A stretch of DNA of 63,476 bases, filler included, from Octopus bimaculoides (lineage: Eukaryota): NCBI RefSeq assembly GCF_001194135.2. It is 4 parts of 3 records of this genome, joined end to end, with 100 filler letters (N's around TTAATTAATTAA, not from the genome) between each part and the next. Parts side by side here need not be neighbours in the genome. Positions count along the whole stretch, not along the records: positions 51,304 to 63,476 come from NC_068986.1; 3 more parts are not named here. One strand, given 5' to 3'. The position numbers were made by a program, and so were the translations under genes. This document shows, one piece after another, positions 52,200-63,476 of the stretch (positions within the stretch are counted from its first letter, which is position 1; every line of letters starts with the position of its first letter). The notes under the pieces are model-generated. The model made no database searches. It worked only from the letters and a program-made list of their open reading frames with translations, and was not told the DNA's origin.

Positions 52200-52960
52200 G
52201 GGTTTATGTGGGAAGCTGACCTTACAATGTAAGCATGACCATATCGACCAGCTAAAAATTGGGATGAAGTAAAGAGTACGATCAAACATTTGGCATGTCA
52301 AAAATTATCTGTCACTCACAGCCCTCTATGAAGTATCGGGTAAAGTGGTCGATGTTTCGACACATCAGCATTCTAATAGAGGATTCGTGGTACATATAAG
52401 CAGCGACCCTCCTAAGGAATTCTAGCTGTCGACGAAGACCAACTGAACAGATAGTTTATTCCGGATAACTGTGACAATTTTCAGAAATCCTTGGCCTGGC
52501 AATGCTCCTAGGGTGGGTTGTTATGACTTGTTCAGTATAAACACTTCCCCACGATAGAACCGTCAGTCTTGCCTGCCCGAATTGTGCATAGAACAATGAA
52601 TCGGCTCACCACACTCGCTTCAAGTGTTCGAGTACTGCTGTAATGTCGAATAGCCATTATCGCACGCATCGGATCTGGCTGTTGGCCAAGTCCCATGTAA
52701 AAATCATGTCATCCCCCTACTTTGCTAAGGAGGAGCAGATAGTTTTCCTTCGTCTGATGACTATGGTGAAAGTGATTGTATGATGGACGCACTAAGGTCA
52801 AGACGTTAGCATTCCAACAAAGCCCTCAATATCTTAAAGATCTATTTGAAACGAGGGATTGGGTGCAAATGGTTAAACTGGTACATGTGAGAGAGCCAAC
52901 AGTAGGGAGAAGGAAACTATTAAGAGTACAAGATGGTCAGGATCGCGAGAGGCTCTGATT
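52200..52960 (+). mobile_element. Decayed L1/Tx1-clade LINE ORF2 3' end
   Basis: DNFQKSLAWQC followed by the CX2CX8HX4C knuckle CPNCA*NNESAHHTRFKC (52574-52627), then FLRL..VKVIV*W. Confidence 0.65.
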
Positions 52961-53075
52961 CATAAGTTACAAGTTCCATCCCTTTTTGGGTGCCTTTGTT
53001 TATTTTATTTATTGTATTCAAATTTAGAAATTTTGCATGTGATATCATACTTTCCTCTTCCCTTTTATGACACAC

Positions 53076-53167
<92 letters not shown>

Positions 53168-53454
53168 CCTTTCTATGTAACCGTTCTTTGCAACCATTCT
53201 ATGTAACCTTTCTATATCGTGATTTTGCATCATATATTTTATAGTAGATTTTTGTTGCTATATAGAGAAATCACTATCACCATAAACGTCGTCTTGTTAT
53301 TATTGTTATTATGAAGCGGCAGAATCAGTAAAGTACGGCATGGATACTTTCTGGCATTTGGCCACGCCTCTTTTTGCCTCGAGTTCAAATACAGCCGAGT
53401 ACCAACTATGTACAGATGTCGATCAAAACGATTTAGTTAAAATAACAATCACAT

Positions 53455-54175
53455 TAATTACTACTACTACTACTACTACTGCTGCTGTTGCTACTGCTGT
53501 TGCTGCTGTTACTGTTGCTGCTGTTACTGTTGCTGCTGTTACTGTTACTACTACTGCTGCTGCTGCTGCTGCTGTTAGTACTACATGCACTGTTATAATT
53601 TTCTGGCATTGTATTTTGCCTCTTCATATATTTTTCTTTCTACATAATTATAATCATTGTCATCGTCGTCGTCGTCGTCTCGTCGTCGTCGTCGTCTCGT
53701 CGTCGTCGTCTCGTCGTCGTCGTCTCGTCGTCATCATCATCATCAGCAGCAGCATTTTAGTTGTTTGATCTACTCTTCTTTCATGTAGAAATCCTTCATT
53801 TCTCCTTCGCTTCTTCTTCTTCTTCTTCTTCTTTTTTTGTCACCTTCGTCCCTTTCACCGTCATTCATTACCGCCTTTTGCTATTCTTGATCTTTACTTA
53901 ATTTTTTTTTCTATTTTCATTTGTTTTCTAATAATTCTTTTTCCTTCATCTTTCTCTTTATCATTTTCATCATCTTCAGTGTCACTATCGTTATCCATCA
54001 TCATCATAACCCTCATTTTCATCTAAAACAACAGCATCAGAACCACCACTATCACCATACCAACACCACCTCCACCACCACCATCTTCTTCATCTTCATC
54101 ATCATTTTCATCATCATCATTATCATCATCATCATCATCATCGTCGTCGTCGTCGTCGTCGTCGTCATCATCATT
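53455..54175. repeat. Compound trinucleotide region (ACT/GCT/GTT, GTC, TTC, ATC)
   Basis: Seen directly. Confidence 0.9.
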
Positions 54176-54326
54176 TAATACTACAATTAAACTTCAAGTT
54201 GGGTATGCTCAATTTTTTTTCTTTTTTTAGCTGAGAAGCGGGTGTTTAATATTAATATATATTCCTTTTTCTTTATATTTTTATATCATTCGACAGGAAT
54301 TGCCTGAATCACTATAAAGCCCCAAA

Positions 54327-54357
54327 TCACGTGAGTAATAAACAGGAAGTCGGAAGT
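54327..54357. promoter_or_regulatory. Candidate promoter module: E-box TCACGTGA plus tandem ETS sites CAGGAAGT-CGGAAGT
   Basis: Motifs seen directly within 31 bp of non-repeat sequence; function inferred. Confidence 0.35.
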
Positions 54358-54580
54358 AAGATGTGATAAAATATAGACTCACAATCCCATTACCATCCAG
54401 TGGTCCGTTAGCGGCAAACTGTCAAATGCTGCAGTTATTTTTGGTCTTGCTTAAGTTTTTAGTGTTTTAGCGTTTGTTAAGGAGCCCAGGAGTAAATCTT
54501 AAATCACTCTATTTGACGTCAACGCTCCCGCATTTCGACTTGTTTCAGTGTAAAAATCAACAACATAAAACAACAACGAC

Positions 54581-54649
<69 letters not shown>

Positions 54650-55204
54650 GTAAATATAAAAAGAAGAAAAAGAAAAAAACTATATTTAATTTACATACTA
54701 ACGTTTTTCGCTTAAACAATGGTAAACATAATAAACAGGCGTATAATAGTTTGCATGTATATAAACTGTCACAGATGCTCACATGCGCACATATACGAAT
54801 TTATGTACTCATATATACAATAATTATGTATCATATATTACGTATGCATATGCATACGTCATGTATGTATGTATGTATGTATGCATGTATGTGTATATGT
54901 ATATATTCCTTCGAAACGGTCAGTAAAAGATAGACAAAATAACACAGAAATTCGAAACTATATCCGAAATGTAAACACAAGTAGCTCAGTAGATAAACAA
55001 AGAAGGTATCTAATTCTGGTCCCACTAACTTAGGCAGGGTTAGTAACGATAAAAATCTTTGTAGTTGTGGAAAATATAAAACCTTCCTCCAAAACGCTCA
55101 ATGTCTGAGATAAAGTATAGTATACAGGTGTAGAGTTCCGTCAGGTAGAATTTCGCACTTTTATATTAGCACATTCTCGTCGACTTTCAAAATGAGAGTG
55201 GTAA

Positions 55205-55375
55205 ATCATTTAGCTTCAAATTCCGCTGAGGTTAGCTTTGCCTTTCATCCTTTCGGGGTCGATAAAATAAGTACCAGTTACGCACTGGGGTCGATGTAAT
55301 CGACTTAATCCCTTTGTCTGTCTTTGTTTGTCTGCTCTGTGTTTAGCTCCTATTGGGCAATAAAGAAATAAGAAA
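55205..55375 (+). mobile_element. SINE family A, 5'-truncated
   Basis: ttcaaattccgctgagg...gcctttcatcctttcggggtcgataaaataagtacc...gggcaataaagaaataag. Confidence 0.85.
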
Positions 55376-56046
55376 TAAGAACAGGCTCTAAGATATTTGC
55401 ACCTTTACAGAAGGGCATTGAAATACTTCTAGGGAACGCATGTGTAATTAAGTAAGCAGTACGTAAATAGGAGATGTTTGAGTTAACATGGTACACATCA
55501 GTGTAATATCTAGTTTGCCTATATCAAGTAGTAATCGGTGTCCTCCATACGTAAAACTACTTATAAGACGACAAAATTACATGTAACTTAAAACTTAATT
55601 TATACAAATATACCAGACGATTCTCGTCCGCTACGACATATGTGCTTCTATGCAACAGGTGTCTATATGAATGGATCTCTCAAGTGGAATAATGCAGCAT
55701 TCGACGTGCTAACAAAACATCCACTTTAAACTGGTTATAAAGATTACTTTTTGATAATACTAATATATATATATAGTAGGATGTGTGAGCACAAAACTCA
55801 TACACATCTATTTATCTATATATATATATTAACATCTAACTTAACGTCGTTGTCTTGTTAGAACGCCAATTACTGCAGCATTCGACTTGAGTGATCCACG
55901 AATATAGACGCATGGTGCATAAAAGCACAGGACATGTATCGTAGCGGACGTGAGTTACCTGGTATGGGCGACGGAGCTATCAGCACCTGCCACAGAAGGA
56001 ATACGGTACACTGAATTCACGTCCCCAATAATTATACTTATGAGTG

Positions 56047-56087
<41 letters not shown>

Positions 56088-56124
56088 GTATGCATATGTN
56101 NNNNNNNNNTATACACATGTATGC

Positions 56125-56174
<50 letters not shown>

Positions 56175-56175
56175 G

Positions 56176-56291
56176 ATTCTTAACAAGAATATTATTGACA
56201 GTGACATCGAAGTTTTACCAGCTATGCCTTCGTCAGCGGTTCGCTATCCGTAACTTCGAAGTAACTATCAATGATATTCTTGTTTAAGAAT
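56176..56291. repeat. 116-bp imperfect foldback with about 42-bp arms
   Basis: attcttaacaagaatattattga...tcgaagttttac versus gtaacttcga...tcaatgatattcttgtttaagaat. Confidence 0.75.
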
Positions 56292-56389
56292 AATAAATTT
56301 GTACACTACAAAACTATAGAAGAATTCATCACATTATGATAAAATTGTTTCTATTATACCTAAACATAAAATAACAAACATTAGTATAT

Positions 56390-57669
56390 AGGCGCAGCAG
56401 TGGCTGAGTGATAAGAAGCTTGCTTCCTAACCACATGGTTTCGAGTTCAATCCCACAGCATGCTATCTTGAGCAAGTGTCTTCTATCATAGCTTCGCGCC
56501 GACCAAAGCTTTGTGAGTGGATTTGATAGACAGAAACTGCAAGAAGCCCGTTGTATATATATATATATATACATATATATAATACAAAATGGGACAAGAA
56601 CGCAAAACATCCAGACAGTTAGGTGATACAAAAAAGGGACGTGTGTGTGTGTGTGTGTGTGTGTGNNNNNNNNNNNNNNNNNNNNNNNNNNNNNNNNNNN
56701 NNNNNNNNNNNNNNNNNNNNNNNNNNNNNNNNNNNNNNNNNNNNNNNNNNNNNNNNNNNNNNNNNNNNNNNNNNNNNNNNNNNNNNNNNNNNNNNNNNNN
56801 NNNNNNNNNNNNNNNNNNNNNNNNNNNNNNNNNNNNNNNNNNNNNNNNNNNNNNNNNNNNNNNNNNNNNNNNNNNNNNNNNNNNNNNNNNNNNNNNNNNN
56901 NNNNNNNNNNNNNNNNNNNNNNNNNNNNNNNNNNNNNNNNNNNNNNNNNNNNNNNNNNNNNNNNNNNNNNNNNNNNNNNNNNNNNNNNNNNNNNNNNNNN
57001 NNNNNNNNNNNNNNNNNNNNNNNNNNNNNNNNNNNNNNNNNNNNNNNNNNNNNNNNNNNNNNNNNNNNNNNNNNNNNNNNNNNNNNNNNNNNNNNNNNNN
57101 NNNNNNNNNNNNNNNNNNNNNNNNNNNNNNNNNNNNNNNNNNNNNNNNNNNNNNNNNNNNNNNNNNNNNNNNNNNNNNNNNNNNNNNNNNNNNNNNNNNN
57201 NNNNNNNNNNNNNNNNNNNNNNNNNNNNNNNNNNNNNNNNNNNNNNNNNNNNNNNNNNNNNNNNNNNNNNNNNNNNNNNNNNNNNNNNNNNNNNNNNNNN
57301 NNNNNNNNNNNNNNNNNNNNNNNNNNNNNNNNNNNNNNNNNNNNNNNNNNNNNNNNNNNNNNNNNNNNNNNNNNNNNNNNNNNNNNNNNNNNTACATATA
57401 TGTATGTACGCATGCATGCATGTATGTATGTATGTATGTATGTATGCATTTGTGTCTGTTTGGTTCCCACCACCATCGCTTCACAACCAAATTTGGTGTG
57501 TTTACGTCCCCGTAACCTAGCAGTTCGGCAAAAGAGACCGATAGAATAGGTACTAGGCTTAAAAAGAATAAGTCCTGGGGTCGATTTGCTCGACTAAAGG
57601 CGGTGCCCCAGCATGGCCGTAGTCAAATGATTGAAACAAGTAAAAGAATAAAAGAATAAAAGAATAAAT
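56390..57669 (+). mobile_element. SINE family B: 5' half (56390-56555) and 3' half (57449-57669) on either side of a gap
   Basis: Head and tail motifs both recognisable; that they are one copy is an assumption. Confidence 0.75.
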
Positions 57670-57947
57670 ATAGATATTTATATTCCTAGTTATATGCATT
57701 CATATATACATGTATAAACATATATAATACTAGATGGGTTCTACCATGCTTCAAGAGATTATCATATTACTTTGGGGTTTATTTTCAGTGTCTAATTACT
57801 TAGTTCTTTATTTCCGATTTTATGCTTATACATATCAATTGATTAACGTGAATTACAAGGTTCTTTTCTTTTTTGCCTTCTTGTTGGGAAGATACATATC
57901 TTTCCCCCTATGACTTAAGTGATGAAATTGATTATATACATATACAC

Positions 57948-58048
<101 letters not shown>

Positions 58049-60329
58049 TTTATATATATATATATACATACAGATATACACACATGCATATAAATATATA
58101 TATTTATATATATTATATACATACATATATATATATATATATATTATATGCATGTGTATGTATATATATATATAAATTTATGTATATATAAATATAATAT
58201 ATTCGTATAAGTACATATATATTTATAGACATACGCATGGATACACATACACACACACACGCATATGTAGTGAGACAGACCGATAGACAGATAGATAGAT
58301 GTATGAATACAGAGAGAGGCGGGGAGAGAACGAAAACCATTACTTGTTTGAAAGATTTTGTTGTTTCTTTTATAATTCATCACCGTATAGTGTGAGCGGT
58401 CTTTTCCTAGAAATGACGAAATTCTATTTTATTTTGCTTTCCCCGCTTTCGTCGTTTTATTTTAATGTTGTAAAAGTTTATTATATTTTAAATTTGATTT
58501 CCATTCAACCGTAAAAACACATAATCCAAAATTGCAAAGGTAAAATTTTTCATTATTTTGAAAAATATTTTTATTGTTATTTATTATTATTTTTTTCTGT
58601 GTATCTGTGTGAGTATATGTGTGTATGTGATTCGGTTTTCTCATTTCGTTTTTCTCTGATTGTTTTAATTGTGTTTCTTGTTGTTTTATTTTTTTTAGTT
58701 CGAAACGTTATAATACTGGGAGTTGCTAATTCTAAAATGCCTTACTGAGAAGGAAAAAGAGTCAAAAACTGAAAACAAATACAAAGATACACGCAAAAAA
58801 AAACAATTACCGACAGTAGCGATAACAACAAAAGAACTAATAATAATTGCAATAATAACAATAATAATAATAAGAAGAAGAAGAAGAAGAATAACAATAA
58901 TAATAATAATAATAATAACTGTAATGAAAACAACAATACAATAATATGACAAAAATGGAACAAAAATACATAATATAACAACAATTGAAGAACATCAACA
59001 CAAAGTTCAAAAAATAAATGTAACAAAACAACAAAAATACAAATATACACATAAAAATCACCCATCCCCACCCCAAAAAAAAACAACAATATAAAGACTA
59101 CGACGAAGTATAATCTTTGATATAGACAGGTCAGGCGTAAAACAAACCAATATCGCAAAGAAAAGAGAGGGAAAGTGTAATGCAATCATGTGTCTTAAAT
59201 CCATTAAAGAGAATAAAGATGTGAAATTAAAAATAATAAATAAACAAAGCAAAGAATAGCTACATAAAAGGAAAAAAAGAAAAAGCAAATAATAATAGGA
59301 AGAAACCTTTTGATTACGAAATCTAACCCAGGCTCTGTCCCTCTCTTTAAGTGTCTCCCTCTCTTTCTCTCCCATTCTCTTTCTCTGTTTCTCCCCCTCT
59401 TTTTGATTCCTCTTACTCTCTCTTTCTATCTATCTAGCTCTTTCTCGCTCTCTCTCTTTCTCCTTCTCTCTCTCACCTTACTGCGCGGTAAGTCATGGTT
59501 GAGTGACACAGAAGGATGAATGTCGCCTGTTAGGTAAATACGGGAATAATGTAGTTTGATTCCCTGATTGGAGAAGAAAGAAGAAAGTAAGAAAGAAAGA
59601 AAGAAAGAAAGAAACTATTACGGTGATTGCAGTAATAGTAGTAACAACAACATTAACAATAAGAGCAGACTGCAGCAACTGCAACGACAAAATGCATCAA
59701 AGGTAGCACTTTCATACACACATACATACACACAGTACACCATCGCACAGACATGCACATTATATATATCTTCTTTTTTTATAGCTGCACATTGACTAGA
59801 AATAAGGATTTAATTTGTAAAACGTCTCCTTATTAAAAGAAGAGCAAGAAGGAAAAATAGCAAGAAATAGCAAACGCGAAGAATACAAATAAGAATGATC
59901 TGTACGCAACATTTATTTATTCATTTATTTATTTAAAGAATTATGAAGACTAGACAGTTGTTTCGTCAGACATGATCAATCAGGCCCACTCCTTCTCTAC
60001 ATAATTTTTTTTTTCAAAAATTTCGGTTGGTTGGGTCCATTGGAGTTATCTTCCTTGCCTATAGTGTTTTTTAGATTTTTAAATACTCCAAGAGTGATGT
60101 TTTTCTCTACTAATTGCATGAATAATTTCAACTAATTGAAGCTTTTCCGTTCACTTTATTACATATGTGTGACCCTACCATATGTATATTTAATAAGCAC
60201 ACCGTTCTTTTGTAGTATTATCTCTCACCTATATTGTTAATTAACTTATAACTTCAATCAGTACTTTCTAGACATCAAATCTTAGTGTTTGCGTAGTCTC
60301 TGTTGATACCCCTTTTTTTTTGTTTTTGT

Positions 60330-60520
60330 CATTGGACTAAGGCTATGCTGAGGCGTTACATTGAAGGGTTTAGTCAAACAAGTCGACTCCAATACTTAAG
60401 TACTTATTTTTTTGAGCTTGGTGGTTATTTTGTGTTCTTTTGCGAAAGCTAAGTTGCAGTGACTTAATTAAACCTGATCTCAAGTCATGTAGGAACAAAC
60501 TCACACACACACACACACAC
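60330..60520 (-). mobile_element. Degenerate SINE family B, 3' half
   Basis: gtcattggactaaggctatgctg...tttagtcaaacaagtcgactcca...aagtacttatt. Confidence 0.6.
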
Positions 60521-60521
60521 A

Positions 60522-60604
60522 TTGGGTTGGTCAAAAAGTCCGGTTTTTTAAGCGAAAATAAGACAAACTTTGAACACAAAGCGATTTATTCAATCAACAA
60601 TATA
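60522..60604 (-). mobile_element. Mariner 3' end (TIR plus last codons YIVD*), split from 61901-62109 by a Tc1 insertion
   Basis: ttgggttggtcaaaaagtccgg TIR-like end; minus strand reads TAT ATT GTT GAT TGA. Confidence 0.65.
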
Positions 60605-61900
60605 CACTGAACCGCAAAAGAAACGCGACACGTGTGTGACTGTGAAATATGTTTTAATTTCATTATGTCAAAGATAAATTTTGATAAATCTGATAAAGTC
60701 AATTTCTTGGATGCACTTTGACCACAGTCTATGGGTCGTTGTCATGTGTTCTGGTGGTGGGCGGATCCAACGCATCGAGATTGTAGGGCGTGACATATTC
60801 AATACCGTATATGTCCTCCTTGGGTGTTCAAAACGGCCATACACCGTCGGTGCATGAAGTGCATGAGACGGTTCACAAAAGCCATTGGCACCTGTGCCCA
60901 CACCCTGAGAAAAACTGCCTCCAGTTCCATATGAATTGTCGGCCTAGTTCAGCCGTCTCTGGATTTCATCCCACAGGTGTTCAATTGAATTCAAATCCAG
61001 ACTGAGAGCTGGCTACGGCATGGTTCTGATGTTGTGCAAATGCAGGAAGTCTATGGTGACCCTGGCCGTGTGGATATCGTGACGCGCGAAGAAGGGTACG
61101 GTGTGAGGTCTTAGGATCTAGTCAACGCAGCGCTGTGATGCCATTCCCTCTGCCTGCACCAAGATTTTGGAACACATGGGACCCAATTCTCTGATTCAGG
61201 CCTATAGCACCCCAAACCATGGTGCTTTGGTCACCCCATGCATCTATCTCCTTGACACATGTGTCTCTGTAGTGTTCACCCCTCCTACGCCACACTCGTA
61301 CTCTGCCATTCGAGGAGGAAACGCAGTACCGACTCTCGTCAGAGAAGACTATCGACCTCCATTGTTGATGCCGCCAATGTCGGTGCTGTGTAGCCTACTG
61401 TAGTCGTACCTGACAGTGGCGGGCGGTGGGGACAGGCCTTTGAGCAAGACAACGGCAACGCATGTTGTTGGCGGCCAGTCGACGTCGTACCGTGTCGTCG
61501 CTGATGGGTCACTGTCCAGTGCCAATGTTCTCGCTGGCCGGTCTGAAGCGACCACAGAGGTGTTGCAGGTGGATGAAGCGGTCCTGCCTGGGCATGGTCA
61601 CNNNNNNNNNNCTCGCTGGCCGGTCTGAAGCGACCACAGAGGTGTTGCAGGTGGATGAAGCGGTCCTGCCTGGGCATGGTCACCCGGGGGCGCCCTCTGC
61701 GGGCATGGTCTGCAGTGCTGTTGGTGTTGTTGCAGGTGATAGATGGTGCTGACATGAAAATTGTAAGCTTTCGCAACAACTAGGGCACGTTGCCCTGCTT
61801 GCAATCGGCCAATAGCTTGTTCTCTCTGCGCCGCTGCTGACAATCAGGTCATATCTGATTCGTCCAAATTACGAATGATTTCTTTGTTACCCACAAAGGG
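60605..61900 (-). mobile_element. Defective Tc1-family element with one TIR
   Basis: TA-CACTGAACCGCAAAAGAAACGC TIR. Transposase runs from ATG 61852 (MT*LSAAAQREQAIGRL..RRGRPRVT) to MHRRCMAVLNTQGGHIRY* (60799), with LDLNSIEHLWD. Confidence 0.85.
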
Positions 61901-62109
61901 GAAAAACTCTTCCAGATAAATTCTTACATTCTCTTCCGAGTTGAAGGTCTGTCCATTCAATGAATTTTTAAGAGACTGAAACAGGTCTGAAGGAGTAATG
62001 TGGGGCGGATATGCAGAGTGTTGCAAAACTTCCCAGCCAAGCCCTAATAACTTCTGCCACGTCTGGCGTTGTCGTGATGAAAGACAATGCCCTTACAATT
62101 AACAAGTGC
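61901..62109 (-). mobile_element. Mariner catalytic-domain fragment
   Basis: ALVNCKGIVFHHDNAR..LGWEVLQHSAYPPHITPSD..LFQSLKNSLNGQTFNSEE..LEEFF. Confidence 0.8.
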
Positions 62110-62487
62110 GTCCAGCACTTGTTAATTTTAACGGCATTGCCTACCTATGTTTTCTACTGACCTGCACTAGATTGGCATAATAACTTCATAAATGCAGTCA
62201 GATTAGACAGCTTACCTCCCCATGCCTCTTATGCTAAGTTGAGGCAGAGACCGTCTACATACCGGATTGTAAGTCTAGCCTCAATCGCAAATCCGAATGG
62301 GGTAACGTTTATTCCCCTAAGCCAAGAGGTGCTCAATTCTCTACCACTCTGTAATATTTATTATTTTTTATTTTTCATATTTTAAACGTCTTATTTTATT
62401 TTATTATCCTTTTACTCAACCATTCGACTTATTCTCCTCCTTTTTCCTTCATCGTCATCATCATCATCATCTCTTTGTTATTATTAC

Positions 62488-62518
<31 letters not shown>

Positions 62519-62552
62519 ATCGTCGTCGTCGTCATCACTATCAACATCATCA

Positions 62553-62614
<62 letters not shown>

Positions 62615-63150
62615 GAGTGAGAGAATAGTGCATGCCATCAAAGTGACACAAGAGTAAAATATACGAAGCCCAATATACCCATCATGACTACCTGCTCGAT
62701 AAGGGTACGCCAGGCGCATGCATCACAACTATAAGTGCGCGACATGGCGATCTCATATCAAGATAAACAGCGCATGACTTTTTAGGTGGGGCCCAGTTAG
62801 AATTTTCTTTAGGTCGAGTAGCCCATCCCGCTCAAAATGTCCCTGAATAAGGGGTTTTGAGGATGTTGAATGAAACACCCATGTTTCCAGAGGTAAATTA
62901 TACAAACCCCACAGAATTCATCTCAACACATAGCTATGATGCTCACCCACTATCTCTGCTTGTAATCAGAGATGCACATATCGTCAGCCATCAACAGTCA
63001 TGCTCAATTGGGCTAGGTCAAACAATTGACAAGTAAATCTGTGGTATTCAGCATCTTTTATACCAAGACAAAACAATATGCATGATAACACTTCCACTCA
63101 GTTAAGAGCAGAAGCCATGACAGCCACTGCCTGGTACTGCATCAGTGCAG
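62615..63150 (-). mobile_element. Family C, apparently full length (about 530 bp), bounded by (ATT)n on both sides
   Basis: Homologous to 24915-25346, 29386-29550 and 63188 onward; no recognisable ORF. Confidence 0.85.
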
Positions 63151-63187
63151 TATTATTATTATTATCATTATTATTATCATCATTATT

Positions 63188-63476
63188 GACTGAGAGAGCA
63201 GTGCATGCCATCAAAGTGACACTGACGTAAAATATACGAAACCCATTATACCCATCATGACTACCCGTCTGATAAGGGTACACCAGACACATGCATCACA
63301 ACCATATGTGCGCGACATGGTGATCTCATATCAAGATAAACAGCGCATGACCTCGCAGGTGGGGCCCAGTTAGGATTTTCTTCAGGTCGAGTAGCCCATC
63401 CTGCTCAAAAGGTCCCTGAATAAGGTTTGTTTAAGGAAGTTGAGCAAAACACCATGTTTCCAAAGGTGAATTATTC
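63188..63476 (-). mobile_element. Family C, second tandem copy (continues beyond the window)
   Basis: Homologous to 62615-62900 and separated from it by a short ATT/ATC tract. Confidence 0.85.

Noticed and set aside
59480-59495. Strong donor GCG|GTAAGT after a CT tract
   Set aside because: No linked exon or ORF could be supported.
61530-61683. 72-bp tandem repeat inside the Tc1 (similar cases at 34922 and 56100)
   Set aside because: Identical sequence flanks a 10-N gap, a placeholder for overlapping contigs; assembly artefact.

Overview
AT-rich animal genomic scaffold with many N gaps and no prokaryotic features (no operons, rRNA, true tRNA or CRISPR). The SINE families and microsatellite load resemble octopus/coleoid cephalopod DNA; this is inference, not a database result. 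One host gene is well supported: an ankyrin-repeat protein whose repeats all lie in one 892-bp exon (5766-6657, +), with a candidate 71-bp first exon at 5521-5591. The rest is mostly transposon debris: two full-length dead mariner copies, a near-intact Tc1 DD34E ORF, a Tc1 nested in another mariner, RTE, L1/Tx1, Penelope-like and Helentron-like remnants, MITE-like foldbacks and about 30 tRNA-SINE copies. The most interesting signal is a group of R4/Dong-type retroelements plus a roughly 530-bp non-coding element ('family C'), all bounded by (AAT)n tracts in the same polarity. At 28909-29550, family C and an inverted Dong ORF2 piece are fused in what looks like one reverse-transcription event, suggesting family C is mobilised by Dong. 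Many coordinates for decayed repeats are approximate and all alignments were done by eye.
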